Source: Cytophagaceae bacterium (GTDB taxonomy: Bacteria; Bacteroidota; Bacteroidia; Cytophagales; Spirosomataceae). From it: a DNA stretch of 64,000 nt. This document shows, one piece after another, positions 56,165 through 64,000 of the stretch; position 1 is the first letter of the stretch, and every line of letters begins with the position of its first letter. Under the pieces are notes generated by a model, which ran no database searches, was not told the origin of the DNA, and saw only the letters and a program-made list of their open reading frames with translations. Position numbers and translations under genes: made by a program. Location of the stretch: contig JAIXWL010000016.1 in NCBI GenBank assembly GCA_027491315.1, positions 73,454 through 137,453 on the forward strand, read 5' to 3'.

Positions 56165-57433
56165 TTATAATTCGTGATCGTCAATATTGAATTTCTCCAA
56201 ATAGTCTGAAACTCGTTTCAGAAAACCACCTCCCAAAGAACCATCGATCACTCGATGATCATATGAATGGGAAATAAACATCTTTTGACGGATGGCAATC
56301 TGATCTCCTTGAGGACCTGAAATGACAGCTGGTTTCTTTTCTATTACTCCAAAGGCTAGAATACCTACTTGGGGCTGCACAATGATCGGTGTTCCCATCA
56401 AATTACCAAAGGATCCAATATTTGAGATAGAAAAAGTACCTCCTTCTAAATCCGCAGGAGTTAATTTATTCAACCTAGCTCGATTAGAAAGATCATTTAC
56501 TTTTTTGGTCAAATCTAAAAGTGATAATTTATCAACTTCATGAATAACAGGGACGATTAAATTACCATTGGGTAATGCCACTGCCATGCCAATATTAATT
56601 TGTTCATGCTGAACTAAGTAATTCCCTTCCACGGATATATTCATACCGGGAAAATCCTTCAAGGCCTTCGCTGTGGCCATTATCAACAAAGGAGTATAGG
56701 TAATAGGCTCTTTATATTTAGCCAAAAATTTAGCTTTTTCTGTCTCTCGCCACGTAACCATAGCAGTCATATCTGCTTCCAAGAAGGAAGTAACGTGAGG
56801 AGCTATACGCTTAGAGTCAACCATGCGCTCAGAAATCATTTTACGCATACGATCCATCTCCACTACGACATCACCTGGTAATCGTAAACCGGGACCTTGA
56901 CTCAGTGTTCCAGAGGCAATCATACGTTTGGAATTACGTACTGCAATGTAATTTAAAACGTCTTTTTTAGTCACGCGTTGATCCAATCCAGAGCCTTTAA
57001 TCGTACTTAACTCTCTCTGAGTGACATTTTCCTGTAGGCAAATTTGTTTAATCAAAGGTGAAATCCAAGGATTTGATTTTTCCTCATTCTGGCCTAAAAT
57101 ACCTAAACTTACATCGGTCAATAAAGCCAATTCCGCATGTTCTGGAAACAAATTGGCTGTAGAAGGGCTAGGAGAGGTGTCTGCTGAATTTTCAGTAGAA
57201 TCAATCACACATATTGGCTTGCCAATGGTAGCTATTTCACCAACTGAAATTATAATTTTTTGTAAATAACCTGAAACGGGGCTTGGCACTTCAGTATCAA
57301 TTTTATCGGTAGCAACCTCCAATATAAATTCGTCAGCTTCCACATAATCACCTGGTTTTTTCAACCAGTTTAAAACGGTCGCTTCCATGATACTTTCACC
57401 CATTTTAGGCATGATGACTTCCATGATGGCCAT
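56165..57433 (-). CDS. Dihydrolipoamide acyltransferase (E2 component of a 2-oxoacid dehydrogenase complex)
   Basis: 422 aa with an N-terminal lipoyl domain (EVATDKIDTEVPSP), a peripheral subunit-binding domain (SPLIKQICLQENV) and the catalytic motif SHSYDHRVIDG. Confidence 0.9.
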   Translation of the reverse strand: MAIMEVIMPKMGESIMEATVLNWLKKPGDYVEADEFILEVATDKIDTEVPSPVSGYLQKIIISVGEIATIGKPICVIDSTENSADTSPSPSTANLFPEHAELALLTDVSLGILGQNEEKSNPWISPLIKQICLQENVTQRELSTIKGSGLDQRVTKKDVLNYIAVRNSKRMIASGTLSQGPGLRLPGDVVVEMDRMRKMISERMVDSKRIAPHVTSFLEADMTAMVTWRETEKAKFLAKYKEPITYTPLLIMATAKALKDFPGMNISVEGNYLVQHEQINIGMAVALPNGNLIVPVIHEVDKLSLLDLTKKVNDLSNRARLNKLTPADLEGGTFSISNIGSFGNLMGTPIIVQPQVGILAFGVIEKKPAVISGPQGDQIAIRQKMFISHSYDHRVIDGSLGGGFLKRVSDYLEKFNIDDHEL

Positions 57434-57435
57434 AA

Positions 57436-58689
57436 CTATTGAGTCAATTCGTTTAACAAAAATTTCCTAACTAAATTCAGGCAGTTGAGGGCCGTCATGT
57501 GTATAATTTGCTTTCTGGTGCCCGCTAGTTGTAATTTTCGAGTAATCACACCTTGAGGGTGAGATAAGGCTATCCAGACTGTACCTACAGGCTTTTCCTC
57601 CGTTCCACCGTCTGGTCCTGCGATTCCAGAACTAGCCAATGATAAAGTACTTTGTAATTTCTCTCTAACGCCATTAGCCATGGCCATTATACATGCTTCA
57701 CTGACAGCTCCATGTTTTTCTAGAATCTCTGGAGATACTCCTAAACTATCCATTTTCACTTCATTGGCATAAGAAATGACAGCGCCCTTAAAATAAGCAG
57801 AACTTCCGGGTATTTCTGTAAATAAATGCGATAAATAACCTCCTGTGCAGCTTTCTGCTAAGGATATCGTTGCCGAATTTTTGACCAATAATTGTCCAAT
57901 GACTTGAGATAATTCATCTTTTTCATAACCAAAAACAAATGGCTTGATGATGGGCATGACACGATCAATCTCTTGTTGTATTTCATGATTCAATTGAGCA
58001 ACACTATCTCCAAATCCTGTCAGGCGAAGTTTAACAATGCCCAATGAAGGCAAATAAGCTAATTTAATGTGGCTTGGAAGAGATAATTCCCAATCTTGAA
58101 TCATATCCGATAAATAGGATTCACCGATTCCTACTACTTTAACTATTTTATGAACAATGGTAGGTGTTTGAAAATGCTGAGCCACACGTGGTAAAACCAA
58201 TTCCTCCATGATGGCCTTCATTTCAAAGGGAACTCCAGCCATGGAAACCCAAACAGTTCCTTTTTCTTCAAACCACATACCTGGAGCTGTACCTTGTTTA
58301 TTTTGCACATACTGTGCTTTGGTAGGTAATAAGGCTTGATCCCGATTTAAATCGCTTAATTCTCTACCTCTTTTTTCGAAGAATACACGAACATCTTCCA
58401 ATGCTTGAGGATGATAAGCCATATCGCATCCAAAAAATTTAGCTAAGACTTTCTTGGTTAAATCGTCTTTGGTTGGGCCTAGGCCACCTGTGATAAATAC
58501 AATATCAGCCCGATGCTGTGCTTCCTCTAAAATACTTAAAATTTCGCTTTCTTGATCGCCTACGGACGACTTCCGTATGGTTTTAATTCCAATTTTATCT
58601 AATTCAAGGCTAATCCATTGGGTATTGGTATCCAATATTTGCCCATAAAGAATCTCATCTCCAATCGTAATAATTTCTGCTCGAACCAT
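57436..58689 (-). CDS. cinA: CinA family protein (MoCF-like domain plus NMN amidohydrolase PncC domain)
   Basis: 417 aa with AEIITIGDEILYGQILDTN, ITGGLGPTKDDLT and the C-terminal ESCTGGYL motif. Confidence 0.9.
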   Translation of the reverse strand: MVRAEIITIGDEILYGQILDTNTQWISLELDKIGIKTIRKSSVGDQESEILSILEEAQHRADIVFITGGLGPTKDDLTKKVLAKFFGCDMAYHPQALEDVRVFFEKRGRELSDLNRDQALLPTKAQYVQNKQGTAPGMWFEEKGTVWVSMAGVPFEMKAIMEELVLPRVAQHFQTPTIVHKIVKVVGIGESYLSDMIQDWELSLPSHIKLAYLPSLGIVKLRLTGFGDSVAQLNHEIQQEIDRVMPIIKPFVFGYEKDELSQVIGQLLVKNSATISLAESCTGGYLSHLFTEIPGSSAYFKGAVISYANEVKMDSLGVSPEILEKHGAVSEACIMAMANGVREKLQSTLSLASSGIAGPDGGTEEKPVGTVWIALSHPQGVITRKLQLAGTRKQIIHMTALNCLNLVRKFLLNELTQ

Positions 58690-58699
58690 TAAGTTTTCT

Positions 58700-58707
58700 T
58701 ACTTTTG
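58700..58707 (+). promoter_or_regulatory. Candidate -7 promoter box (TACTTTTG)
   Basis: An exact TAnnTTTG match lies 67 nt upstream of the ATG at 58774. Confidence 0.25.
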
Positions 58708-58773
58708 TACGAAAATACGATTTATTTGGGATAGAATTTAATCCCTGAATCGAAAAACAATTCAAATTAAGCA

Positions 58774-59124
58774 ATGAAACAATCTGAGATAAATTTCAAA
58801 ATAAGTTTAGACGACAATAACATTCCTGAACAAATATCTTGGTCGGCTACTGATAACCCCAACGAAGGTATTGAGGAGACCAAAGCCATATTAGTGGCCA
58901 CTTGGGATCCCTATCATAAAGGCACTCTAACTTTGCCTCTTTGGACCAAAGACATGGAATTATTAGACATGAAACGTTTTTTCATAGAAATTTTGGGGAC
59001 AGTTTCAGAAGCTTCATTGCAAGCTACTGGTGATACCTTTTTCTCTCAGGAAATTGAACAAGTGTGCATGACTTTATCGAGTCATTTGAAGAAAGAAATC
59101 ATTGCGGCTGAGAAAGGCCAATAA
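58774..59124 (+). CDS. gldC: Gliding-motility-associated protein GldC-like
   Basis: 116 aa. The pattern SEINFKISLDDNNIPEQISWSATD...WD...LWTKDM...MKRFF matches my recollection of flavobacterial GldC. The call rests on recollection only. Confidence 0.55.
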   Translation: MKQSEINFKISLDDNNIPEQISWSATDNPNEGIEETKAILVATWDPYHKGTLTLPLWTKDMELLDMKRFFIEILGTVSEASLQATGDTFFSQEIEQVCMTLSSHLKKEIIAAEKGQ

Positions 59125-59133
59125 TCCATCAAC

Positions 59134-60183
59134 ATGAAAGTATCATTTTCATTTATTGCCCTATTGCTATTCCTTACCCTGCCATCCATGGCACAAAAAG
59201 GAATAAACTTTATTAAAACAGGCAATTTTAATACGGCAATAGCGGCGGCCAAACAGCAGAATAAACTTTTATTTATGGAAGTTTATGCGCCTGACTGTCA
59301 TATTTGTAATGCATTTAAAGGCACATTTGCTCAACCCCAGGTAGGTGCATTGTACAATGCCAAATTTGTCAATTTTCAGTTGGATATTCGAAATCCGGAA
59401 AATCAAAAGCTGTTGAAAAAGCTTAAAATCATCATTAATGCAACTCCCACTTTCATTTTCATAGATCCCAATACCTTACAAATTGTAGGGGCAAAGATTT
59501 TTGGAGAGCGAGATAATTCCGTCATTAATGTGAATTCTATTGCTCAGAAGGCGGTAAATCCAGCTGAACATGCTCAGAATTATGCGAAAAGATTAAAGGC
59601 AGGAGATAAAAATCCACAATTCTTATTAAACTACGCTGAATACGCACGAATTGTTGGAGATACGACTTCGAACATCCTAGCATTTAATGAATTTGCTAAG
59701 ACTCTAAATCCAAGTCAATATACCTCTCAAAGTACTTTCAATGCCATTCAGATGGTGATGATGAATAATAACAATGCCTTATTTGATTATTTCATCAATC
59801 ACATTCCAGCCTATGAGAGAATTTATGAGGCGAATCCTGTAAGAATGAGTTATGAGAATATTTTTCAAATAGTTTTGACGAGTTCTCAGGCAAATAAACT
59901 CAACTTGGCAGATATTCAAAAAATAAAGAATCAAATGACCAAGGCGGGTTTAGATGCCAGTTCGATTCAAAGGAGAATGTGGATGGTTGAAAGTTCCTTG
60001 TTATTCAAACAAAAGAAGGCCACACAAGCCATTCAAGTGATTGAAAAACTATTAGCTGTGCTTCCTAATGCTCCAGGACCCAAGGAGTACCAATATTTAT
60101 GCGATTATGTGAATGGTAAAACCAAAGATAAAAAGGCTTTGGCTTATGCTAAATCACAGTGGTGCAAATATGGAATGAAATAA
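59134..60183 (+). CDS. Secreted thioredoxin-fold protein with a helical C-terminal domain
   Basis: 349 aa with a signal peptide. LLFMEVYAPDCHICNAF provides a CxxC motif in a thioredoxin-like context. Confidence 0.6.
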   Translation: MKVSFSFIALLLFLTLPSMAQKGINFIKTGNFNTAIAAAKQQNKLLFMEVYAPDCHICNAFKGTFAQPQVGALYNAKFVNFQLDIRNPENQKLLKKLKIIINATPTFIFIDPNTLQIVGAKIFGERDNSVINVNSIAQKAVNPAEHAQNYAKRLKAGDKNPQFLLNYAEYARIVGDTTSNILAFNEFAKTLNPSQYTSQSTFNAIQMVMMNNNNALFDYFINHIPAYERIYEANPVRMSYENIFQIVLTSSQANKLNLADIQKIKNQMTKAGLDASSIQRRMWMVESSLLFKQKKATQAIQVIEKLLAVLPNAPGPKEYQYLCDYVNGKTKDKKALAYAKSQWCKYGMK

Positions 60184-60185
60184 TT

Positions 60186-60374
60186 CTAGCGAAATACAGC
60201 GCGGTAAATCATCACAGCTACACAAAACAGAAACATCACTATCGATATTTTATTAATCGTGTGCATCGTACGAATGTTAAAATTCGTTGGTGCACCTGGT
60301 TTTGGTTTTTGAAATACCCGAATGAAGTAAGTAAAAACCTCCCCAATTCTGAATTGTTCTCTTAGTCTACTCAT
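60186..60374 (-). CDS. Small hypothetical membrane protein
   Basis: 62 aa. It starts 2 nt after the ispG stop on the same strand. The C-terminal hydrophobic helix is ISIVMFLFCVAVMIY. I prefer it over the antisense ORF 60159-60365 because of this operon packing. Confidence 0.4.
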   Translation of the reverse strand: MSRLREQFRIGEVFTYFIRVFQKPKPGAPTNFNIRTMHTINKISIVMFLFCVAVMIYRAVFR

Positions 60375-60375
60375 G

Positions 60376-62391
60376 TTAGTTGTTCGTTTCTTGCGGATCT
60401 TTCCAAATTCCGTCTTCTTTGATTAATTGAATTAATTCATCCACAGCAGAATCTGCTGGAACCGACTTTTTAACAACTTCTTGCCCACGATATAGGGCAA
60501 TTTTATCTTTTCCTATACCCACATAGCCATAATCTGCATCAGCCATTTCACCTGGGCCATTTACAATACAGCCCATAATGCCAATTTTCACACCTTTCAA
60601 ATGATCGGTAACTTGTCGGATTCTTGCTGTTGTTTCTTGGAGATCGAATAGGGTTCTTCCACAAGAAGGACATGAAATATATTCTGTTTTTGAAATACGA
60701 ACACGACAGGCTTGCAGGATACCGAAATTGGTAGAATTAATCAGGGATATTGGTGCGTGAAGGCCTTTTAGAGACAACATCAACCCATCTCCAAAGCCAT
60801 CAATCAATAAAGCACCGGCATCGGTAGGAGCATAAAGCTGAAACTGATCGGCTGGAATATCTTGATAGTTCAGCCGTATAATTACTGGAATGGAAATACT
60901 TTGATTTTCTAATTCAAAAAAGGCTCGACGAATTGCCGCCATTCGGTTTGAAAAGCTTGAAGATAGTACAAGCACCTCATTTTGAGCCGATTTAAGCGAA
61001 TTTATTAAAACTTCATTGGTCCAAATTTCCTCAGCATCTGCATGAACAAAATTAAGGGATTCATGCTTCTTGGAGTTTGATAACCAATCCGCTGCTTCAA
61101 ACAAAGGGAATTGATGTTCTGAAGGATTGGATTGACTCCAATGCTTGGCCGATTGAATTTGCTTTAGACCATTGGGTAGCATGAAATCCAAATCCACCGA
61201 GCCGGTAAATATATAATCAGCCCCCAAATCATTCATTGCCCATTTATCGGGTTCAGGCAAATAAAAATGACCTATACCTTTTAGATCATCCATGCCAATA
61301 CTTTTCATATTAGAGAAGTCGGCAATGACACGTGGAACCTGATGCCCTCCGAAATTAGCTCGCTCTACGCTTTTTCTTCGTGTATAGGCAAATGGATTTA
61401 TGGGAGAATCAAATCCCTGACTTAGATTAGAAATACTTGGGATAGGAGCATTGGCGTGATTTCGACCTACATAACGCTCTACTAAATCCTTGGCTACGGG
61501 TATTTCAAATTCTGGATCTTCAGTTAAAGAAACGCGTATAGTATCTCCCAAACCATCTTCCAATAAAGTACCAATTCCCACCGCGGATTTAATTCGACCA
61601 TCTTCGCCTTCTCCAGCCTCGGTAACACCTAGGTGTAAAGGATAAGCTTTAAATTGACCGTCTGCTAGCTTCTTACTCAATAAACGATAGGCTTCTACCA
61701 TCACTTGAGTATTAGAGGCTTTCATGGAAAGTACAATATTGAAATAATTTTCATCTTCACAGATGCGCAAAAACTCCAATGCTGACTCCACCATACCTAA
61801 AGGTGTGTCGCCATATCGACTTAAAATACGATCTGACAAAGATCCATGGTTGGTACCGATACGCATGGCAGTACCGTATTCTTTACAAATTTTAACCAAG
61901 GGTAAGAATTTATCTCGAATTCTTTCTAATTCTGACTGGTAGGAAGCTTCCGTGTATTCAATCGTCTCGAACCTTTTCTTATCTGCATAATTACCGGGAT
62001 TAATTCGTACTTTTTCCACGATTCTAGCAGCTAATTCTGCAGCATTGGGAGTAAAGTGAATATCTGCTACCAGAGGCGTTTTATAGCCCTTGGCACGTAA
62101 ACCCTTACGAATATTCTCTAAATTTTGGGCTTCTTTAACCGATGGAGCGGTTATTCTGACCAATTCACAACCAGCATCAATCATGCGAATGGATTGCTCA
62201 ATGGAACCTTGTGTATCCATGGTATCCACGGTGGTCATGGATTGTATTCGAATAGGAAAATCAGAACCTAACATCAGATCTCCAATGGAAACTGGTATCG
62301 TTTCTCTCCGTTGATAGCCAAATAAAGTAGGAGCGTAGATGTTCCCATCGCTTATCAAATGAGCAGAAGACGACTGAAGGAGGTTTGACAT
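60376..62391 (-). CDS. ispG: 4-hydroxy-3-methylbut-2-en-1-yl diphosphate synthase, long form with inserted domain
   Basis: It has an N-terminal TIM-barrel (IRIQSMTTVDT, RITAPSV) and the C-terminal Fe-S motifs YISCPSCGRT and GCIVNGPGE. I place the start at ATG 62391 because the track start TTG 62430 lies against the upstream terminator hairpin. Confidence 0.9.
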   Translation of the reverse strand: MSNLLQSSSAHLISDGNIYAPTLFGYQRRETIPVSIGDLMLGSDFPIRIQSMTTVDTMDTQGSIEQSIRMIDAGCELVRITAPSVKEAQNLENIRKGLRAKGYKTPLVADIHFTPNAAELAARIVEKVRINPGNYADKKRFETIEYTEASYQSELERIRDKFLPLVKICKEYGTAMRIGTNHGSLSDRILSRYGDTPLGMVESALEFLRICEDENYFNIVLSMKASNTQVMVEAYRLLSKKLADGQFKAYPLHLGVTEAGEGEDGRIKSAVGIGTLLEDGLGDTIRVSLTEDPEFEIPVAKDLVERYVGRNHANAPIPSISNLSQGFDSPINPFAYTRRKSVERANFGGHQVPRVIADFSNMKSIGMDDLKGIGHFYLPEPDKWAMNDLGADYIFTGSVDLDFMLPNGLKQIQSAKHWSQSNPSEHQFPLFEAADWLSNSKKHESLNFVHADAEEIWTNEVLINSLKSAQNEVLVLSSSFSNRMAAIRRAFFELENQSISIPVIIRLNYQDIPADQFQLYAPTDAGALLIDGFGDGLMLSLKGLHAPISLINSTNFGILQACRVRISKTEYISCPSCGRTLFDLQETTARIRQVTDHLKGVKIGIMGCIVNGPGEMADADYGYVGIGKDKIALYRGQEVVKKSVPADSAVDELIQLIKEDGIWKDPQETNN

Positions 62392-62425
62392 AGGTAGTAT
62401 ATTTATCTCAAATTTACGAAATACA

Positions 62426-62466
62426 AACAAAAAGCCTCATCTCATGAAAATAAGATGAGGCTCTTT
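62426..62466 (-). terminator. Rho-independent terminator after the MFS transporter gene
   Basis: GCCTCATCT (62434-62442) pairs with AGATGAGGC (62453-62461). The minus strand then continues with TTTTTGTTTG. Confidence 0.75.
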
Positions 62467-62479
62467 TTCATTCATGTTA

Positions 62480-63685
62480 TTACCAAGAACTCTTTTTGTG
62501 ACCGATTGTTGCGTAAAATAGAATAAACAAGTAACAAGGAACCATAATGACATAAGCCAATTGGGTATCTTGGATTCTATCGGCAATATCTCCATACAAT
62601 AATGGAATCAAAGCACCTCCAGAAATCATCATAATAATCAATGCAGAGCCTAATTTGGTGAATTTACCTAAACCATTAATGGCTAAAGGCCATAATGCAG
62701 GCCACATCAAAGCATTCGCTAAGCCTAAAAGTGCCAAACACATCACCGAATAATAACCATCTAATAGAACTGTTCCTAATGAAAATACAACCCCTAAAAT
62801 GGCTGAGTAATTCAAGGCTTTTTGTTGAGACAAAACTTTAGGAATGAATAAGATACCTACTACATAACCTGCCAACATGCCATACAAAGTATATGTGGTA
62901 AAGGTTTTAGCTACTTCCATATCTATACCTTGCGATACACCGTAATTGATGATGGTATCACCTGCCATTACTTCCACACCCACATATAAAAAGAATGCTA
63001 CCAGACCTAGGACTAAATTGGGATAAGCCCAAACGCTAGCGTGTTGCACTGAAGCAGCTTCTTCGCTTTCTTCTGCTTCCACTTCGGGCAAGGTAGAAAA
63101 GCGAACCAATAAGGCTAATCCTACCAAAACTCCCGTCATAATTAAATAAGGAGTCACCACTATACTTAAATCTTTGGCATCTGTGGTGGAGGATAATAAT
63201 AAACCTCCAAAAATAAATTGGCTTAAAATACCTGCCACTTTATTACAAATTCCCATCACAGAAATACGCTTGGCTGCGGAATCAGGTGATCCTAAGATGG
63301 TTACATAAGGATTGGAAGCTGTTTGTAATAGGGCTAAACCTGTACCAATAACGAATAGTCCTAAAAGAAACATGGGGTAATTAGACATTTGAGCAGCAGG
63401 AACAAACAAAATAGTTCCCACAGCCATGACCATCAAACCTAAGGACATACCATTTTTAAATCCTGTTTTTGCTAAAACCCAAGAAGAAGGAATAGCCATG
63501 ACAAAGTAGGAAATAAAAAACGCAGAGGTAACTAATAATGATTCAAAATTATTTAAGTCAAAAGCTGCTTTGAAAAAAGCAATTAATACGGAGTTTACCC
63601 ATGTCACAAATCCAAATACAAAAAAGAGTATTCCGATGATTAATAGCGCAGCAGAGGTGTTGGTAGGTTTGTTTGTAGTTGTCAT
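62480..63685 (-). CDS. Sugar MFS transporter (glucose/galactose GluP - fucose FucP family)
   Basis: 401 aa with 12 predicted TM-like segments. The N-terminal block FFVFGFVTWVNSVLIAFFKAAFDLN is typical of GluP/FucP. It starts 7 nt after the upstream oxidoreductase stop. Confidence 0.8.
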   Translation of the reverse strand: MTTTNKPTNTSAALLIIGILFFVFGFVTWVNSVLIAFFKAAFDLNNFESLLVTSAFFISYFVMAIPSSWVLAKTGFKNGMSLGLMVMAVGTILFVPAAQMSNYPMFLLGLFVIGTGLALLQTASNPYVTILGSPDSAAKRISVMGICNKVAGILSQFIFGGLLLSSTTDAKDLSIVVTPYLIMTGVLVGLALLVRFSTLPEVEAEESEEAASVQHASVWAYPNLVLGLVAFFLYVGVEVMAGDTIINYGVSQGIDMEVAKTFTTYTLYGMLAGYVVGILFIPKVLSQQKALNYSAILGVVFSLGTVLLDGYYSVMCLALLGLANALMWPALWPLAINGLGKFTKLGSALIIMMISGGALIPLLYGDIADRIQDTQLAYVIMVPCYLFILFYATIGHKKSSW

Positions 63686-63691
63686 AAAGGT

Positions 63692-64000
63692 TTAATAGTT
63701 ATCATGTAAAGCAAAAATAGGTTGATTCGTTTTCCATTTTCCACGAGTGAAATCAGGTATTTTAACAGGAGCCGATCCTTTGGCAATGGATTCTTCTGAA
63801 AGTGGAGAAATAGCTGACCAAGCTGCCGCATCGTAAACGTCGATAGGAGGGGCTACTTTATTTTTAATGGACTCGATAAAAGCTCTTAAAACGAAATAAT
63901 CAATACCGCCATGACCTGCATTTTCAGCATCTTGGGCATGAGCTTTCCATAGTGGATGATCGTATTTCTCTTGGTAAGGTTTAAACGGTTCCCAACTATG
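63692..64000 (-). CDS. Gfo/Idh/MocA-family oxidoreductase (GH109-like C-terminus); the 5' end lies outside the window
   Basis: This is my own translation of the minus strand: HSWEPFKPYQEKYDHPLWKAHAQDAENAGHGGIDYFVLRAFIESIKNKVAPPIDVYDAAAWSAISPLSEESIAKGSAPVKIPDFTRGKWKTNQPIFALHDNY, then a stop at 63692-63694. It resembles the C-terminal part of NAD-dependent Gfo/Idh/MocA / GH109-like enzymes. Confidence 0.65.
   Translation of the reverse strand, partial: HSWEPFKPYQEKYDHPLWKAHAQDAENAGHGGIDYFVLRAFIESIKNKVAPPIDVYDAAAWSAISPLSEESIAKGSAPVKIPDFTRGKWKTNQPIFALHDNY

Noticed and set aside
8124-62314. About 45 further short ORFs (60-183 aa) in the track that are nested in or antisense to larger genes. Examples are 8124-8324, 10849-11130, 12513-12758, 17513-17899, 27645-27992, 34196-34414, 38923-39216, 47141-47437, 47663-47995, 51993-52544, 53178-53461, 54468-54821, 57021-57269, 60159-60365 and 62090-62314.
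   Set aside because: Each overlaps a long ORF with clear family motifs. None has a recognisable motif, its own promoter or terminator context, or room in the operon packing. I treat them as chance ORFs.
1-64000. Search for mobile elements, defence systems, toxin-antitoxin pairs, tRNA/rRNA genes and integration scars
   Set aside because: I found no transposase, integrase, recombinase, phage or restriction-type ORFs and no flanking direct repeats. No GC-rich cloverleaf-sized intergenic segments are present, since all spacers are short and AT-rich apart from terminator hairpins. The window looks like conserved core genome.

Overview
This is an AT-rich, densely packed bacterial chromosome segment, almost certainly from Bacteroidota. 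Supporting signs are a GldC-like gene, DUF5686-type outer-membrane proteins, type III glutamine synthetase, long-form IspG, a Cys-less TopA C-terminus, a porin-amtB pair and TAnnTTTG-type -7 boxes. I support about 52 protein-coding genes, two of them cut by the window edges. Nearly all are housekeeping: dnaK; the thrS-infC-rpmI-rplT operon; menE/menB; folD; topA; aconitase; prs; rplY; hppA; trxA; dnaE; trpS; ferredoxin; a nitrogen-assimilation neighbourhood (porin-amtB, GSII, GSIII); rsmE; a 2-oxoacid dehydrogenase E2; cinA; ispG; and a sugar MFS transporter with an oxidoreductase. I found no rRNA, tRNA, CRISPR array, transposase, integrase, phage gene or recognisable defence or toxin gene set, so I read this as core genome and not an accessory island, and I see no evidence for a novel multi-gene system. 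Four items deserve a second look. (1) Two inverted arrays of degenerate heptanucleotide TTAGNNN repeats fill the spacer between the convergent rplY and hppA terminators (31180-31449). (2) A close homologue of eukaryotic sphingolipid delta-4 desaturase (DEGS1 type) lies at 982-1983. (3) A translationally coupled cysteine desulfurase-XdhC pair has no molybdo-enzyme nearby. (4) A 936-aa ORF combines a peptidase-like, a propeller-like and a beta-barrel-like region and is coupled to a TPR lipoprotein. All family calls rest on motifs read from the ORF translations and on my recollection of those families. No searches or calculations were run.
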